Below are positions 23,585-35,095 of a stretch of DNA of 64,000 bases, in pieces. The notes beneath the pieces are model-generated. The model did no database searches. It was not told the origin of the DNA and saw nothing but the letters and a program-made list of their open reading frames with translations. Every line of letters starts with the position of its first letter. Position 1 is the stretch's first letter. Origin of the DNA: Octopus sinensis (taxonomy: Eukaryota); the NCBI RefSeq assembly GCF_006345805.1, contig NC_043000.1, positions 116,932,001 to 116,996,000 of the forward strand, in the 5' to 3' direction. A program made the translations under genes and the position numbers.

Positions 23585-23748
23585 CTTTATTTAAAAGCAT
23601 CAGAAATTCAACAAAACCTGTTACTCGGAGTTTCACGTTCCCGTTCGTCGGACAGTTTTGTTAAAATTTTAACAAAACTGTCCGACGAACGGGAACGTGA
23701 AACTCCGAGTAACAGGTTTTGTTGAATTTCTGATGCTTTTAAATAAAG
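23585..23748. repeat. Perfect 164-bp palindrome with no spacer
   Basis: Arms checked base by base. Centre ttaaaa|ttttaa lies between 23666 and 23667. Confidence 0.95.
23674..23720 (+). ncRNA. Type I hammerhead-ribozyme-like motif (mirror copy on - strand at 23613-23659)
   Basis: ctgt CCGACGA acg-ggaa-cgt GAA ACTCCGAGT A|acag. Stems I, II and III all pair, the triplet is GUA, and the core has U4->C. Confidence 0.7.
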
Positions 23749-23969
23749 CATATTACTCTACCCCTGGTATCTGAGTACTCTTTTTTTCGACCTTGTTTCA
23801 CATTTATGTGTTTACTCCGGTATATATATATATATTATATATATATATATACACGCACACACATTGATTATGTGCATAGAACGTTTTAGCTCATATTTCT
23901 AGCAATGTAGGTGTTCAAATATCCTATTCCTATTTAGCGACAATTATAATTTTCCAATATATATAGTGG

Positions 23970-24075
23970 TTAGTGGTTAGATCATTCGGCTTATGATCGT
24001 GAGTTCAATTCCCGGCAACGCGTTGTGTCCTTGAGCAAGACACTTTATTTCACGTTGCTCCAGTCCACTCAGTTG
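23970..24075 (+). mobile_element. tRNA-derived SINE head with gtgtccttgagcaagacactt core (Meta/V-SINE-like)
   Basis: B-box gagttcaattcc followed by the conserved core motif. Superfamily label is from memory. Confidence 0.55.
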
Positions 24076-25257
24076 AAAAAAATGGTTCAGTTTTAATTTA
24101 TTAGTCTTGTTTATCAATTATGAAATCTAAGACTAGAGGATTGTGTCTGTCAGGAATATAGTTGATAGAATATAGTGGATACGGTCATAAAAATTGTCAA
24201 GATTATTTTGAAGTAGTATACGGTAACTGTCTATAAGGAGGTTGGGTAGTTGAAGACCTAAAATCAAGATGTTAATTACCAGTTAAAAGGGCAAGACGCT
24301 AATAAGGCCAATGATATTAATACAGAGGAAATTGTATCATTGGGTACAATAGGTGATTGATTATAAACAATATTGTTATGTTGTATAAAGATAAAATTTA
24401 GGATTATCAAGAAAGATATCATATATATAAAGCACGCTGGGAGAATTGTTGCCGAGCCGGACGGAGTGACATTTCTTCCGACTTTACGTTCTAAGTTCAA
24501 ACGCGGCCCGAGTCAACTTTGTCTTTCATTCGTTCGGGGTCGATAAAATGAGTAGCATTTGAGCACTGGGTTTAATGTAATCGACTACCTGCTCCTTCGG
24601 AAACGCTGGCCTTGGGCAAAAATTTGAAACCAATATATGCATGTATGTACGTATTTGTTTGTATATGTGTATGAGTGAGCTTCTCTTGTATTCCTATTTA
24701 GTTTTCAAAAGAGCTACCTTGGAGATATTTCAAGGTGATATAAAAATTGTTAATATTACCTTTTAGTTTAAGTATTAGTGGTAGATATTTCATTTTGTAT
24801 GCACCGTTAATCCCGTCAGAATAATCGTTCAAATATTTACTCCCAGAGTATAAGCAATCTCTCAAGTGGTAAATATATTGTTAATTTTTAAAAAATCAGA
24901 GCAACAGGAATGATTTTTATCGATAATATTTTATTAATAGGGAATAAGTTTCGGAAGTGAACAATTGATATTTGTATGAAATGATTTCAATTATCCGGAT
25001 GACTTGTACCATAAAAGAACTGAACCAAAAACTATATTAAATATTTGATGATACGGGATACAACAGAAATTGAACAAGAGAGGATGTATTGTTTCTTGTG
25101 AAAAGGTTGCCAAGAAAATCTATAGTAACACAATCCGCTCTTTTTAGACTAAAGATTATCATATATAATGAGACTCGACAGTTGACCTTGTTTATCAGTT
25201 TATGAGTGATTATGAATTTATGATAAGCACTAGAGCTAGCGTATATCCGAAAAGCAT

Positions 25258-25296
<39 letters not shown>

Positions 25297-25360
25297 TCGC
25301 CATGATAGATCGGTAGCCACTACACACATGTTTTTTCTCTCTTTGTTTCTTTCTGTGTTC

Positions 25361-25396
25361 CTTTCTGTGGAAGAGCGTAGGTTCGAAACGTAATAG
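25361..25396 (+). ncRNA. Hammerhead-like motif (position-6 variant) within a Penelope-like repeat
   Basis: cttt CTGTGGA a gagc-gtag-gttc GAA ACGT A|atag. Same family as 29790 and 60519. Confidence 0.45.
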
Positions 25397-25488
25397 ACTT
25401 TTTCAATTCCTGAGCGTTATACTAATATATCTGTTTGTTTTCTACACCAAGTGTCTTCGTCTTTTGTTTTTTTCGTGAACTCTCCCCC

Positions 25489-25538
<50 letters not shown>

Positions 25539-25604
25539 CATCATTGATAGAAATGGTGACAACAAAAGAATGAAAGAGACCGATATTATGTAAAAAGATG
25601 AATT

Positions 25605-25799
25605 TATCTGTAAATGTAATATGTGACAATTATTCGGTAGCCATGAAAAAACTCCGAGTTTCGGATGTCAGGGTTGAAATCCACGCCGCCATCTCTTCAG
25701 TTATCCGTCCAAAGAGATGGCGGCGTGGATTTCCACCCCGACATCCGAAACTCGGAGTTTTATCATGGCTACCGAATAATTGTCACATATTACATTTAC

Positions 25800-25804
<5 letters not shown>
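25605..25804. repeat. Inverted repeat (93-bp arms, 14-nt spacer) containing a decayed hammerhead-like motif
   Basis: Right arm: CCAAAGA gatggc...gacatc c GAA ACTCGGAGT T. Homologous to the TTGATGA gatgcc...ggcatc copy at 21438-21494. Confidence 0.8.
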
Positions 25805-25839
<35 letters not shown>

Positions 25840-26523
25840 ATATTCCAAAGAATATATTTCTATTACAGGTAGAAGCGTGGAAAATTTGGGGGAGGTGGCA
25901 AGTCGTTTACATGGCCCCAGTGCTCAGCACGTACTCATTTCATCGATTTCAAAAGGTTAATTTTTAAATGGAAATAGACATATGAAAATTTTATAAAATA
26001 TGAGATTTCTAAGGGCCGCTTTAGTTAATTCTAATGTAAGATCGTGGAACTGGACATCGAAATCCACAATTTGTAGACGTTTTACTGTCAGAACGAGATC
26101 TACAATTTCTAAAAGTGCCACGTGATTATTCCCTGTAAACAAGGTTCATGTGAGAAAAAAGTCGTGTAAATTGTCCTAAAAGTTAATTAGAATTTGAAAT
26201 CGTTCAAAGCGTAAGAAACAAGTATATAATAAATTAATGGGCTTCGTGAAATGAATCAAATACTGGCACACGACCTGCTCAATTATATCGATCAAAGTAC
26301 TGAGCTGGTACTTTATTTTGTGGATTCCGGGATAATGAAATGTAAATTTGATCTTGACAGGATTTGAACTTGAAATAAAAAAAAAGATGCAATGAAAAAC
26401 CGCAAGGTATTCTGTCCGATAGCCTGATAGTTCTGCAAATCCTATAATGTTAGGTATTACACCTGCAATATAAATTTTCAGGTTTTTCCACATTGATATT
26501 TGTTTAGCAGCAGTTATTACTAT

Positions 26524-27104
26524 ACCTATTTCTTTACTACCCACAAGGGGCTAAACATAGAGGGGACAAACAAGGACAGGCAAACGAATTACGTCGATTA
26601 TATTGACCCAGTGCGTAATTGGTACTTATTTAATCGACCACGAAAGGATGAAAGGCAAAGTCGACCTCGGCGGAATTTGAACTCAGAACGTAGCGGCAGA
26701 CGAAATACCTATTTCTTTACTACCCACAAGGGGCTAAACACAGAGAGGACAAACAAGGACAGACAAACGGATTAAGTCGATTATATCGCCCCCAGTGCGT
26801 AACTGGTACTTATTTAATCGACCCCGAAAGGATGAAAGGCAAAGTCGACCTCGGTGGAATTTGAACTCAGAACGTAACGGCAGACGAAATACCTATTTCT
26901 TTACTACCCACAAGGAGCTAAACAGAGAAAGGACAAACAAGGACAGACAAACGGATTAAGTCTATTACATCGACCCCAGTGCATAACTGGTACTTATTTA
27001 ATCGACCCCGAAAGGATGAAAGGCAAAGTCGACCTCGGTGAGAACATAGAGACGGTCGAAATGCCGCAAAGCATTTCGTCCGGCGTGCTAACGTTTCTGC
27101 CAGC
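26524..27104 (-). mobile_element. SINE family A with three tandem body units
   Basis: Repeats of tatttctttactacccacaagggg...gaactcagaacg at about 26527, 26710 and 26897. Confidence 0.9.
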
Positions 27105-29789
27105 CTGCCGCCTTGCAGCAGTTATTATTATACCATCAACTGATTTCAAGAATTATTTTATTACACAGCAATGAACAGCTCTTTTGATTTTCCATATTTT
27201 ACTCACTTAAATGAAAATCAAAAGAAAATGCGTCGCAAGAACTCTTTAATGATAATGGAAATACACATTTCTAATATAAGCATGTTTTCATATAGATAAG
27301 GTAATAACAAAATAAAAATGACAAAGACTGTTCAATAGAAGCACTCAACCCTTTTACCTCTCATTAGTATGTCCTAAACGTTACAGATTTTTAGTTCACC
27401 TATTTTTCATACGTTCTGAGTAAGGTAAAGCTTTCCTATCATGAATCATACTTTATTCTGGAGGTTGAAAAGATTTCAAATACTAAGGTGTTGAAAAGTT
27501 CCTCGCTTTAAAGGTATCGCGAAAGGCCTGGTTGGAGGCCTTCTTTTACAGGGCTTAGAAAAACTGAAAGGCCACTGCAATAAGTGTGAGAGTGGTATAT
27601 GTTGAGTAAAGTTATAATTTACTGATCCTCTTGTGTTTTCTTTTAACCAAAGCGAGGAACTTTTCAGCACCCATCTCGTATGTATCTTTTCTAGGTCATT
27701 TGGTGATCCAGGGACTTTGGAATGGTTAGCCAGACACTGGTTGATTAGAAACATTTCCGTATATTTTGTATCTGATGTACCACGTGGTGTAGTTAATTAA
27801 ATATGCTGGTTAGGAAGACAAACACAGGTGGTTGCAAAAACAGGAACTCCGTAAGACTGGAATCGTTCTCAACCAAAGCTAAACTAAACCTGTTGAAGTA
27901 ACTTTATTTACAGGATGCTGCTGAGAGAATAGCACTTATTAGTTTTCCAACTGCTTTCGGTACATATTTACTTATGTAATGGTGACTAGCTTGGCAACCG
28001 ATGCTGGTGTGTTTACGCCCCAGTAACGTAGCAGTTTGGCAAAAGACACCGATAGAATGAGTACTAGGTTTTCAAAGAATAAGTCCTGGAGTTGATTTGT
28101 TCGATGTATGATGCATGGACGCCTAGGAAATATATCTTCGGTATGATTTAATATTAAAGAGAGGTAAAGGGCTAAATAATACAGTGTTGTTCGTCTTTAT
28201 TTCCATGCTTAATAATTCATTGGTTCTTAAATATTTTCTGCAGAATTTGCGTCAACAAAAGGAAACGAACAGAGTTCTGAAATACAAGCAGATACTTTAG
28301 TTTACCTCGTAACTACTTCTGCATTCTTTTTATCCTGGGTCATATTTTCGCCCTGGGTAAAGTGGTCTATTTTAGTGTTGACTATATAGAATATAAACTG
28401 AATTCAAGCAGGTCATAGGATACTAACTGCCGATGTCTGATATAGAAAACATTTTGATGAAAATTTCGTAAAACTTACAACCACAGACCTACATCAATTT
28501 CAGATTTTAGCACAAGACCTGCAATTCCGGGGAAGGGACTAAGTTTGTTGCATCGAACCCAGTGTTCAACAAATAGTTATTTTATCGAGTCCGGAAGGAT
28601 GAAAAACAAAGTCAACCTCAGCGGCATTTGAACTCAGAACGTAAAGTCGGAAGGATGAAAGGAAATACGACCACGTCGGTTTATATTTAGTTTCAAGGCA
28701 TTTTTTGAAAGAAGTTTGTCTTGAAATTAATAATTCAATTTGCGTGTCTAATTATTTTATTTTATTAAAAGTTATAAAATAGCAGAAAAGAATTAGAAAC
28801 CTTTGGACCAAAATGCACAAAAATGCAGCAGTGTGAACTGGTATTGACATACATATTTTTAATAAAAGCCAGAAGAAATACCGTTATGTATTTAGGCTGG
28901 CGTACTAACGAGTCTGCCAGCCCACCCACTACAGCCGTGTGCTTCAATTCGAAACAATTACCTGTATTATTCTTTAGCATGCAATTTTAAATTCAAGCTG
29001 TCCTGTACTCTTGTTCTATTCCCCATCACCTAGATTCAACTGAAATGAATTTTTTAGTCACTCTCACCGATATAACAAAAGAGGTACTCCGGGCCAATTA
29101 GATTCAACAACAACACCAAATAAACAATTCAGACAAGTTCTGTGAACTTTTATTTCTTCATACGATGCACTATTGGATATCCGAGATATTAATAACAGAC
29201 AATCAAAACATACTTTCAATAGTATCATAAATAATTATATATACTTAGACGCATGCGCAGATTCGTACACATACATACCTGCATACACGCACATGCACAC
29301 GTACACATATATTTATACATATTTTATATATCTTATACTAATATATATGTATATATAAATATATAATATACATGTAATTAATAAATAATTATATAAACAT
29401 ATAGTTCTGATTTCCAGAAGCGTTGTCGGATACACACACACACACACATACATACATAAGGCTTCTACTTCACATGCCAGCTTAACACACCTTGTCCTCT
29501 TAGTCGAAAGACACTTGTTATTCTTCTTGTTTGTATTTGTAATCGTGTATAAGGCCGAAACTGTAATGATGATTGGAAGCTTGACTGAAGAATAGAAAAC
29601 CACAAATGTTCCATCCTGGTTTTCCTGTCTGTCTTTGTACTGCCCATCTGTTCGTATGTTTTTATTGTCATCCGTTATGTTCTTCTGATATATTATTTAT
29701 ATATGTATATATGAGTCGCCATGATAGATCGGTAGCCACTACACGCATTTTTTGTCTCCTTCTTTCTCTCCTTGTATCTTTCTATGTTC

Positions 29790-29825
29790 CTTTCTGCGGA
29801 AGAGCGTAGGCTCGAAACGTAAAAG
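29790..29825 (+). ncRNA. Hammerhead-like motif (position-6 variant) within a Penelope-like repeat (29712-29918)
   Basis: cttt CTGCGGA a gagc-gtag-gctc GAA ACGT A|aaag. Perfect stems I and II and palindromic stem III ACGT. Confidence 0.55.
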
Positions 29826-29912
29826 ACGTTTTCAATTCCCGAGCGTTATACTAGTACATCTGTTTGTTTTCCACAACACCTGTCTTCGTCTTTTGTTTTT
29901 TTCGTGAATTCT

Positions 29913-29970
<58 letters not shown>

Positions 29971-30703
29971 GTTTTAATATTTTATAATGTAAAAGACTTT
30001 CTTACTTTCTCGAGTTTCAAACTAATACACCTGCTTGTTGTTCATACACCTGTCTTGGTCTTTTGTTTTTCTGTTAATTTCAGCTATGTGTTTTTGAGAA
30101 TACAGACATACATACACATCCATGCTACTGTATTCGCGTGCAAATGCGAGTGTGTGAAATAATCATCAGAGATTGTTATTTCACGAAGAAACTGCAAGTT
30201 CTATTTAAAGATATCGCAAGCTCCGCTATTGATGGTGACTAAATCTATTTTAATTTTGAAAACACTTCAGAGCCCTCAGCAGATGTCTCAGAGCCACTCA
30301 CGTTTTCGACTCTTCGAATGTACTTTTCGCTTGAGTGCAGCAATAAAGACGTGAATTAATATAGGCCTACGGAACGATTCCACCGTAGCCCTTTATCACA
30401 GATCCCAGATGCCATTGCTTTTCAGATTGATGCCTCGTTTTCTTCAGTTGTTTGGGTTCAAAATTAATGAACTGGAGAAAATTGCGGATTGATTTTGCTG
30501 AGAAACAACAACAGGTGACTTCAGTAGGATTGACATGAAAGCAAAATATCAGTACTTGATTTAGGAACTCCTTGTCATAGATGGTGATATAAAAACTAAC
30601 GAGATATTTGCGCATGTGAGGTTTTCGTAGGTATCTCATAGCGCTTTGTGTCCTTTTGTATCTCACATCATCCAAACAATGCCACATAGTATACTATTTT
30701 ACT

Positions 30704-31070
30704 CTTTTATTTTTTCAGTCATTTGACAAGGCCATGCTGGAGCACCGCCGTTAGTTGGACAAATCAACTCCAGGACTTATTCTTTGAAAACCTAGTACTA
30801 ATTCTATCGTTGTCTTTTGCCAAACCGCTAAGTTACGTGGACTTAAACACACCAGTATCGGTTATCAAGCAATGGTGGAGGGACAAACACATACACACAC
30901 GCACATATATATATATGTATGTATACGACGGGCTTCTTTCCGTTTCCGTCTACCAAATCCAATCAGAAGGCTTTGGTCGGCCCGCGGCTATAGTAAGACA
31001 TGTGCCTAAGGTGCTATGCAGTGCGACTGAACCTGGTACCATGTGGATGGTAAGCAAGGTACACAGCCAT
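30704..31070 (-). mobile_element. SINE family B
   Basis: Reverse-complement match. Confidence 0.85.
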
Positions 31071-31225
31071 TCAAAATGCAGTATTCTCTGATGGTATCTA
31101 ATTTTGGCACAAGGCCTGCAATTTTGCAGAGGGTGTGAATATAATTACATCAACCCCAGTACTTCACTAATATTTGTTTACCTCGATCCCGATATAATAA
31201 AAGGTATAGCAGACCCCGGCGCTAT

Positions 31226-31611
31226 TTTACTTGTTTCAGTCATTTGACTGCGGCCATGCTGGAGCAGCGCCTTTAGTCGAGCAAATCGACCCCGGGACTT
31301 ATTCTTTGTAAGCCCAGTACTTATTCTATCGGTCTCTTTTTCCGAACCGCTAAGTGACGGGGACGTAAACACACCAGCATCGGTTGTCAAGCAATGCTAG
31401 GGGGACAAACACAGACACACAAACACACATACATATATATATATACGACAGGTTTCTTTCAGTTTCCGTCTACCAAATCCACTCACAAGGCATTGGTCGG
31501 CCCGGGGCTATAGCAGAAGACACTTGCCCAAGGTGCCACGCAGTGGGACTGAACCTGCAACCATGTGGTTGGTTAGCAAGCTACTTACCACACAGCCACT
31601 CCTGCGCCTAT
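31226..31611 (-). mobile_element. SINE family B (full length)
   Basis: Reverse-complement match, ending ...cacagccactcctgcgcct. Confidence 0.9.
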
Positions 31612-32197
31612 CGGTGGTATATAAATAATGCTCTCATTAATCTATATTACAGCGTGTAATTTGTGTCAAGGGTTAATTAAATTTATGGTTGAAAAATTCA
31701 CTTTACTTAAACGCACATAGGCGCGGGAATAAATAAAAAAAATGTTTTCCGCGATAATCTCGAATCGTTTCAAGCCTTGTGAAAAAAATGTCTGTGATGT
31801 GTATCTATGATTAAATACATTTTTAAATATACATATTTATTCTTAACGTTTGTTACACATTTCCTACGGTAGCATATAGCATCTGAATATCCATTTATAT
31901 AAAAAAACATTATTTATATTCTGAATGTAAATGTCACCATTAGATACATATTGTACAGTTTAAGAGAACGTGTTTTTCAGTTATTGACTTTATTTATCTT
32001 GTAGCTGTAAGCCTTTAGGCACGAATCTCTTCTGAGAGTGTGAAGTCTTAATATTGGGATTGGCATACTCGATGCTTAGTTTTATATAGTGAAAGTTTCA
32101 GCCCAGTGAATCGTTAGAAGATCGATAGTTCGCATCCCGTTGCCCTGACAATGTGTCCAAGGCTCGGCCAGTGAATTTAGCTTTACTCTTTCACTCT

Positions 32198-32390
32198 CTT
32201 CTACTTGTTTCAGTCAGTTGACTGTGGCCATGCTGGGACACCGCCTTTTAGTCGAGCAAATCGACCCCATGACTTATTCTTTGTAAGCCTAGTACTTATT
32301 CTATCGGTCTCTTTTACCGAACCGCTAAGTTACGGGGATTTAAACACACCAGTATCGGTTGTCAAGTGATGTTGGGGGGACAAACACACA

Positions 32391-32427
<37 letters not shown>

Positions 32428-32606
32428 ATATATATATATATATACATATATACGACGGGCTTCTTTCAGTTTCCGTCTACCAAATCCACTCACAAGGCTT
32501 TGGTCGGCCCGAGGGCATAATAGAAGCCACTTGCCCAAGGTGCCACGCAGTGGGACTGAACCCGGAACCATGTGGTTCGTAAGCAAGTTACTTACCATAC
32601 AGCCGT
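32198..32606 (-). mobile_element. SINE family B
   Basis: Reverse-complement match. Confidence 0.9.
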
Positions 32607-33009
32607 AAAATTTCAATTCACATAAATGCAGATGAACTTAAGTAAGTACTTTCTACGGGTCAGGTTAAGCCTTGTAGAACTGTGTGGACAGAAAGTTTGT
32701 AGAAACTCCAAAGTGTCTGAACCTGTTCTTGGTTACTACACATCATTTTGAGCCTTATCAAACATCTGAACACGCTGACTGGAGGTGTTTAGCAGACGAC
32801 CTTAGAACTAAGTTAGCGGTAGGACGACAACTCATTACTTCAATTTGTATTTGCTACTGTACTTATGCTTTCTTCACTTTCCTCAACGATAAGACATAAC
32901 TTTGCAACTGCAAGCGGGAACGTTACTGCAAAATTAATATTTTCTGATTTTTCTGGTCAATTCTTGGAAATGATGGAAACTTCAATTGTAACACAATTAC
33001 GGCTGCAAC

Positions 33010-33039
33010 CGTCACCGCCGAAACTGATAGAAGCCTGTC

Positions 33040-33107
<68 letters not shown>

Positions 33108-33335
33108 TTGTGTGTCTGTGTTTGTCCCCCTAGCATTGCTTGACAACCGATGCTGGTTGGTTTCCAAATTTAATTCCCCGTCACTTAGCTGTTCGGCAAA
33201 AGAGACCGATAGAATAAGTACTGGGCTTACAAAAGAATAAGTCCCGGGGTCGAGTTGCTCGATTAAATGTGGTGCTCCAGCATGGCCGCAGTCAAATGAC
33301 TGAAACAAGTAAAAGAGTAAAGAGTAAAGAGAGTA
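33010..33335 (+). mobile_element. SINE family B, 3' half
   Basis: gaaactga..gaagcctgtcg-(AT)n to tail aagtaaaagag. Confidence 0.85.
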
Positions 33336-35095
33336 TTTGAAGAGTATTTTTCGCCACGGATAAGTGAATTTTGGAAGTCTAAAAAAAAAGAACTTTGTTT
33401 ATCTCAATACTGAAAAATAAGTATTAAAAAACACATTATTTATGGGATAACCCAATATATATGTGTGTGCGTGAGAGAGAGAGAGAGAGAGAGAGAGTGT
33501 GTGTGAGAGAGAGAGAGAGAGAGAGGGTATGTGTGTATTAGTTTGTGTGCGTGTTTGTGCCGAGAACTTCTAAGTCCCTATCTTAATCATGGTTTAAAGA
33601 ATGCATTTCGGTCCTAGGTGTTATTAGCCGGATGCCACCACTTACCAAAGGCTTACCACTTATAATCACATACGCCCTTGTTTTTTTTTTTTACCTATGC
33701 TTTTCGTGTGCAGTGAACTCAGGATCCGAACTTTTACTTTGCCCTTTTTAAAGACTGTTTTGATCATCTGACTCGAGAAATAATTGGCTGCCATTTCAAG
33801 CTAATCGATTAACGTTAAAATTACGCAAGGAACTATGGAGTATAAAGTTACAAACAACATTATATGAAAATTTCAAGTGAATCTATCACGGTATAACGTA
33901 ATTATTCCTGTGTTACAGAATATAATTTTGAAATGAATTATATCGTATTACATCTCAAAAACCAGACCGACTAACTCGTAACTTGGTGTAATTGTACATG
34001 TTATATTTGATCTCATACACCTTCTAATGTGTTCTGGTACGAAACCACGGTGTAAAACAACAATTATTCAATCAATCATTAATTCCATATTCTAATTGTA
34101 GATATTCATCTAACTGTTGCAAGTGTTGTGTATTTTCCAAATACGCTATTCTGTAATTAATTAATTAATAACAAATCCCCCCGGTCTCAAACATCAGTCG
34201 ATCAGCCATCGTTTATCATCTTAAACAAGTCAATATGGACAGAACAAGTGACAAAGCATTGGCCATAAGTGACATCAATTTTCTTTTATCATTGCCACGC
34301 TACAAAATAATTGTTCTACGTAATTGTATAATTTCGTACTATTATCATTCCGCACCTTCACTTCGAAAATCACCCTACACTACAACAACAACAACAACAA
34401 TAATAACAGCAGCAGTAGCAGCATCAACCAAAGCCATATGTAGCTTTAGACTGAAATAAATGATACCTTTCACTTTCTGTATGGAAAACATATCAGAGAT
34501 GAAGAATGATAAATATTTATTTCGTTTCGAGAGTTCAAACAAAAGTTATTGTATCTTAAGAGTGATTAAGCAAGCAATATTGATTAGTTACTTGCTTAAA
34601 TAATTAACCAATCGACTAATAATAAAGAAGTGAAACTGAACCACCGCGTGTGAATATTACTGGTGTGATGACCCTCCCAAGATACACCAACGTTTACTTA
34701 CTTCATGCTTAGATACTATAGATGGAATGAATTGCCGTATCTTTGCTGATTAGTTGTATCAACACGTGATCAGCGTTTTGACATGTTTCTAGAACATTTA
34801 GTGCGTTGGCGTTTGCTTGGGCCATGTGTTCTCAACCACTTTTCCCCTACGGAGCACTTTGATTCCTGTTTTATTCAGAATGACCCCCATAGTCATTTCT
34901 ATGTTTAAATAATCCTATTATATTTTTATAATTAATTATGATCAGGAATTTTATGTTTTTAAAAATCGTTAAGATGCGCAGGTGTGGCTGTGTGGTAAGA
35001 AGTATGCTTCTCAACCACATGGTTCCGGGTTCAGTCGCACTGCGTGTCGCCTTGGACAAGTGTCTTCTACTATAGCCTCTAGCTTTATATATATA

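Noticed and set aside
24135-24295. Cys-containing reading (EDCVCQEYS...CQDYFEVVYGNCL) and possible NUMT
   Set aside because: It has multiple stops and no recognisable domain or mitochondrial protein in any frame I tried.
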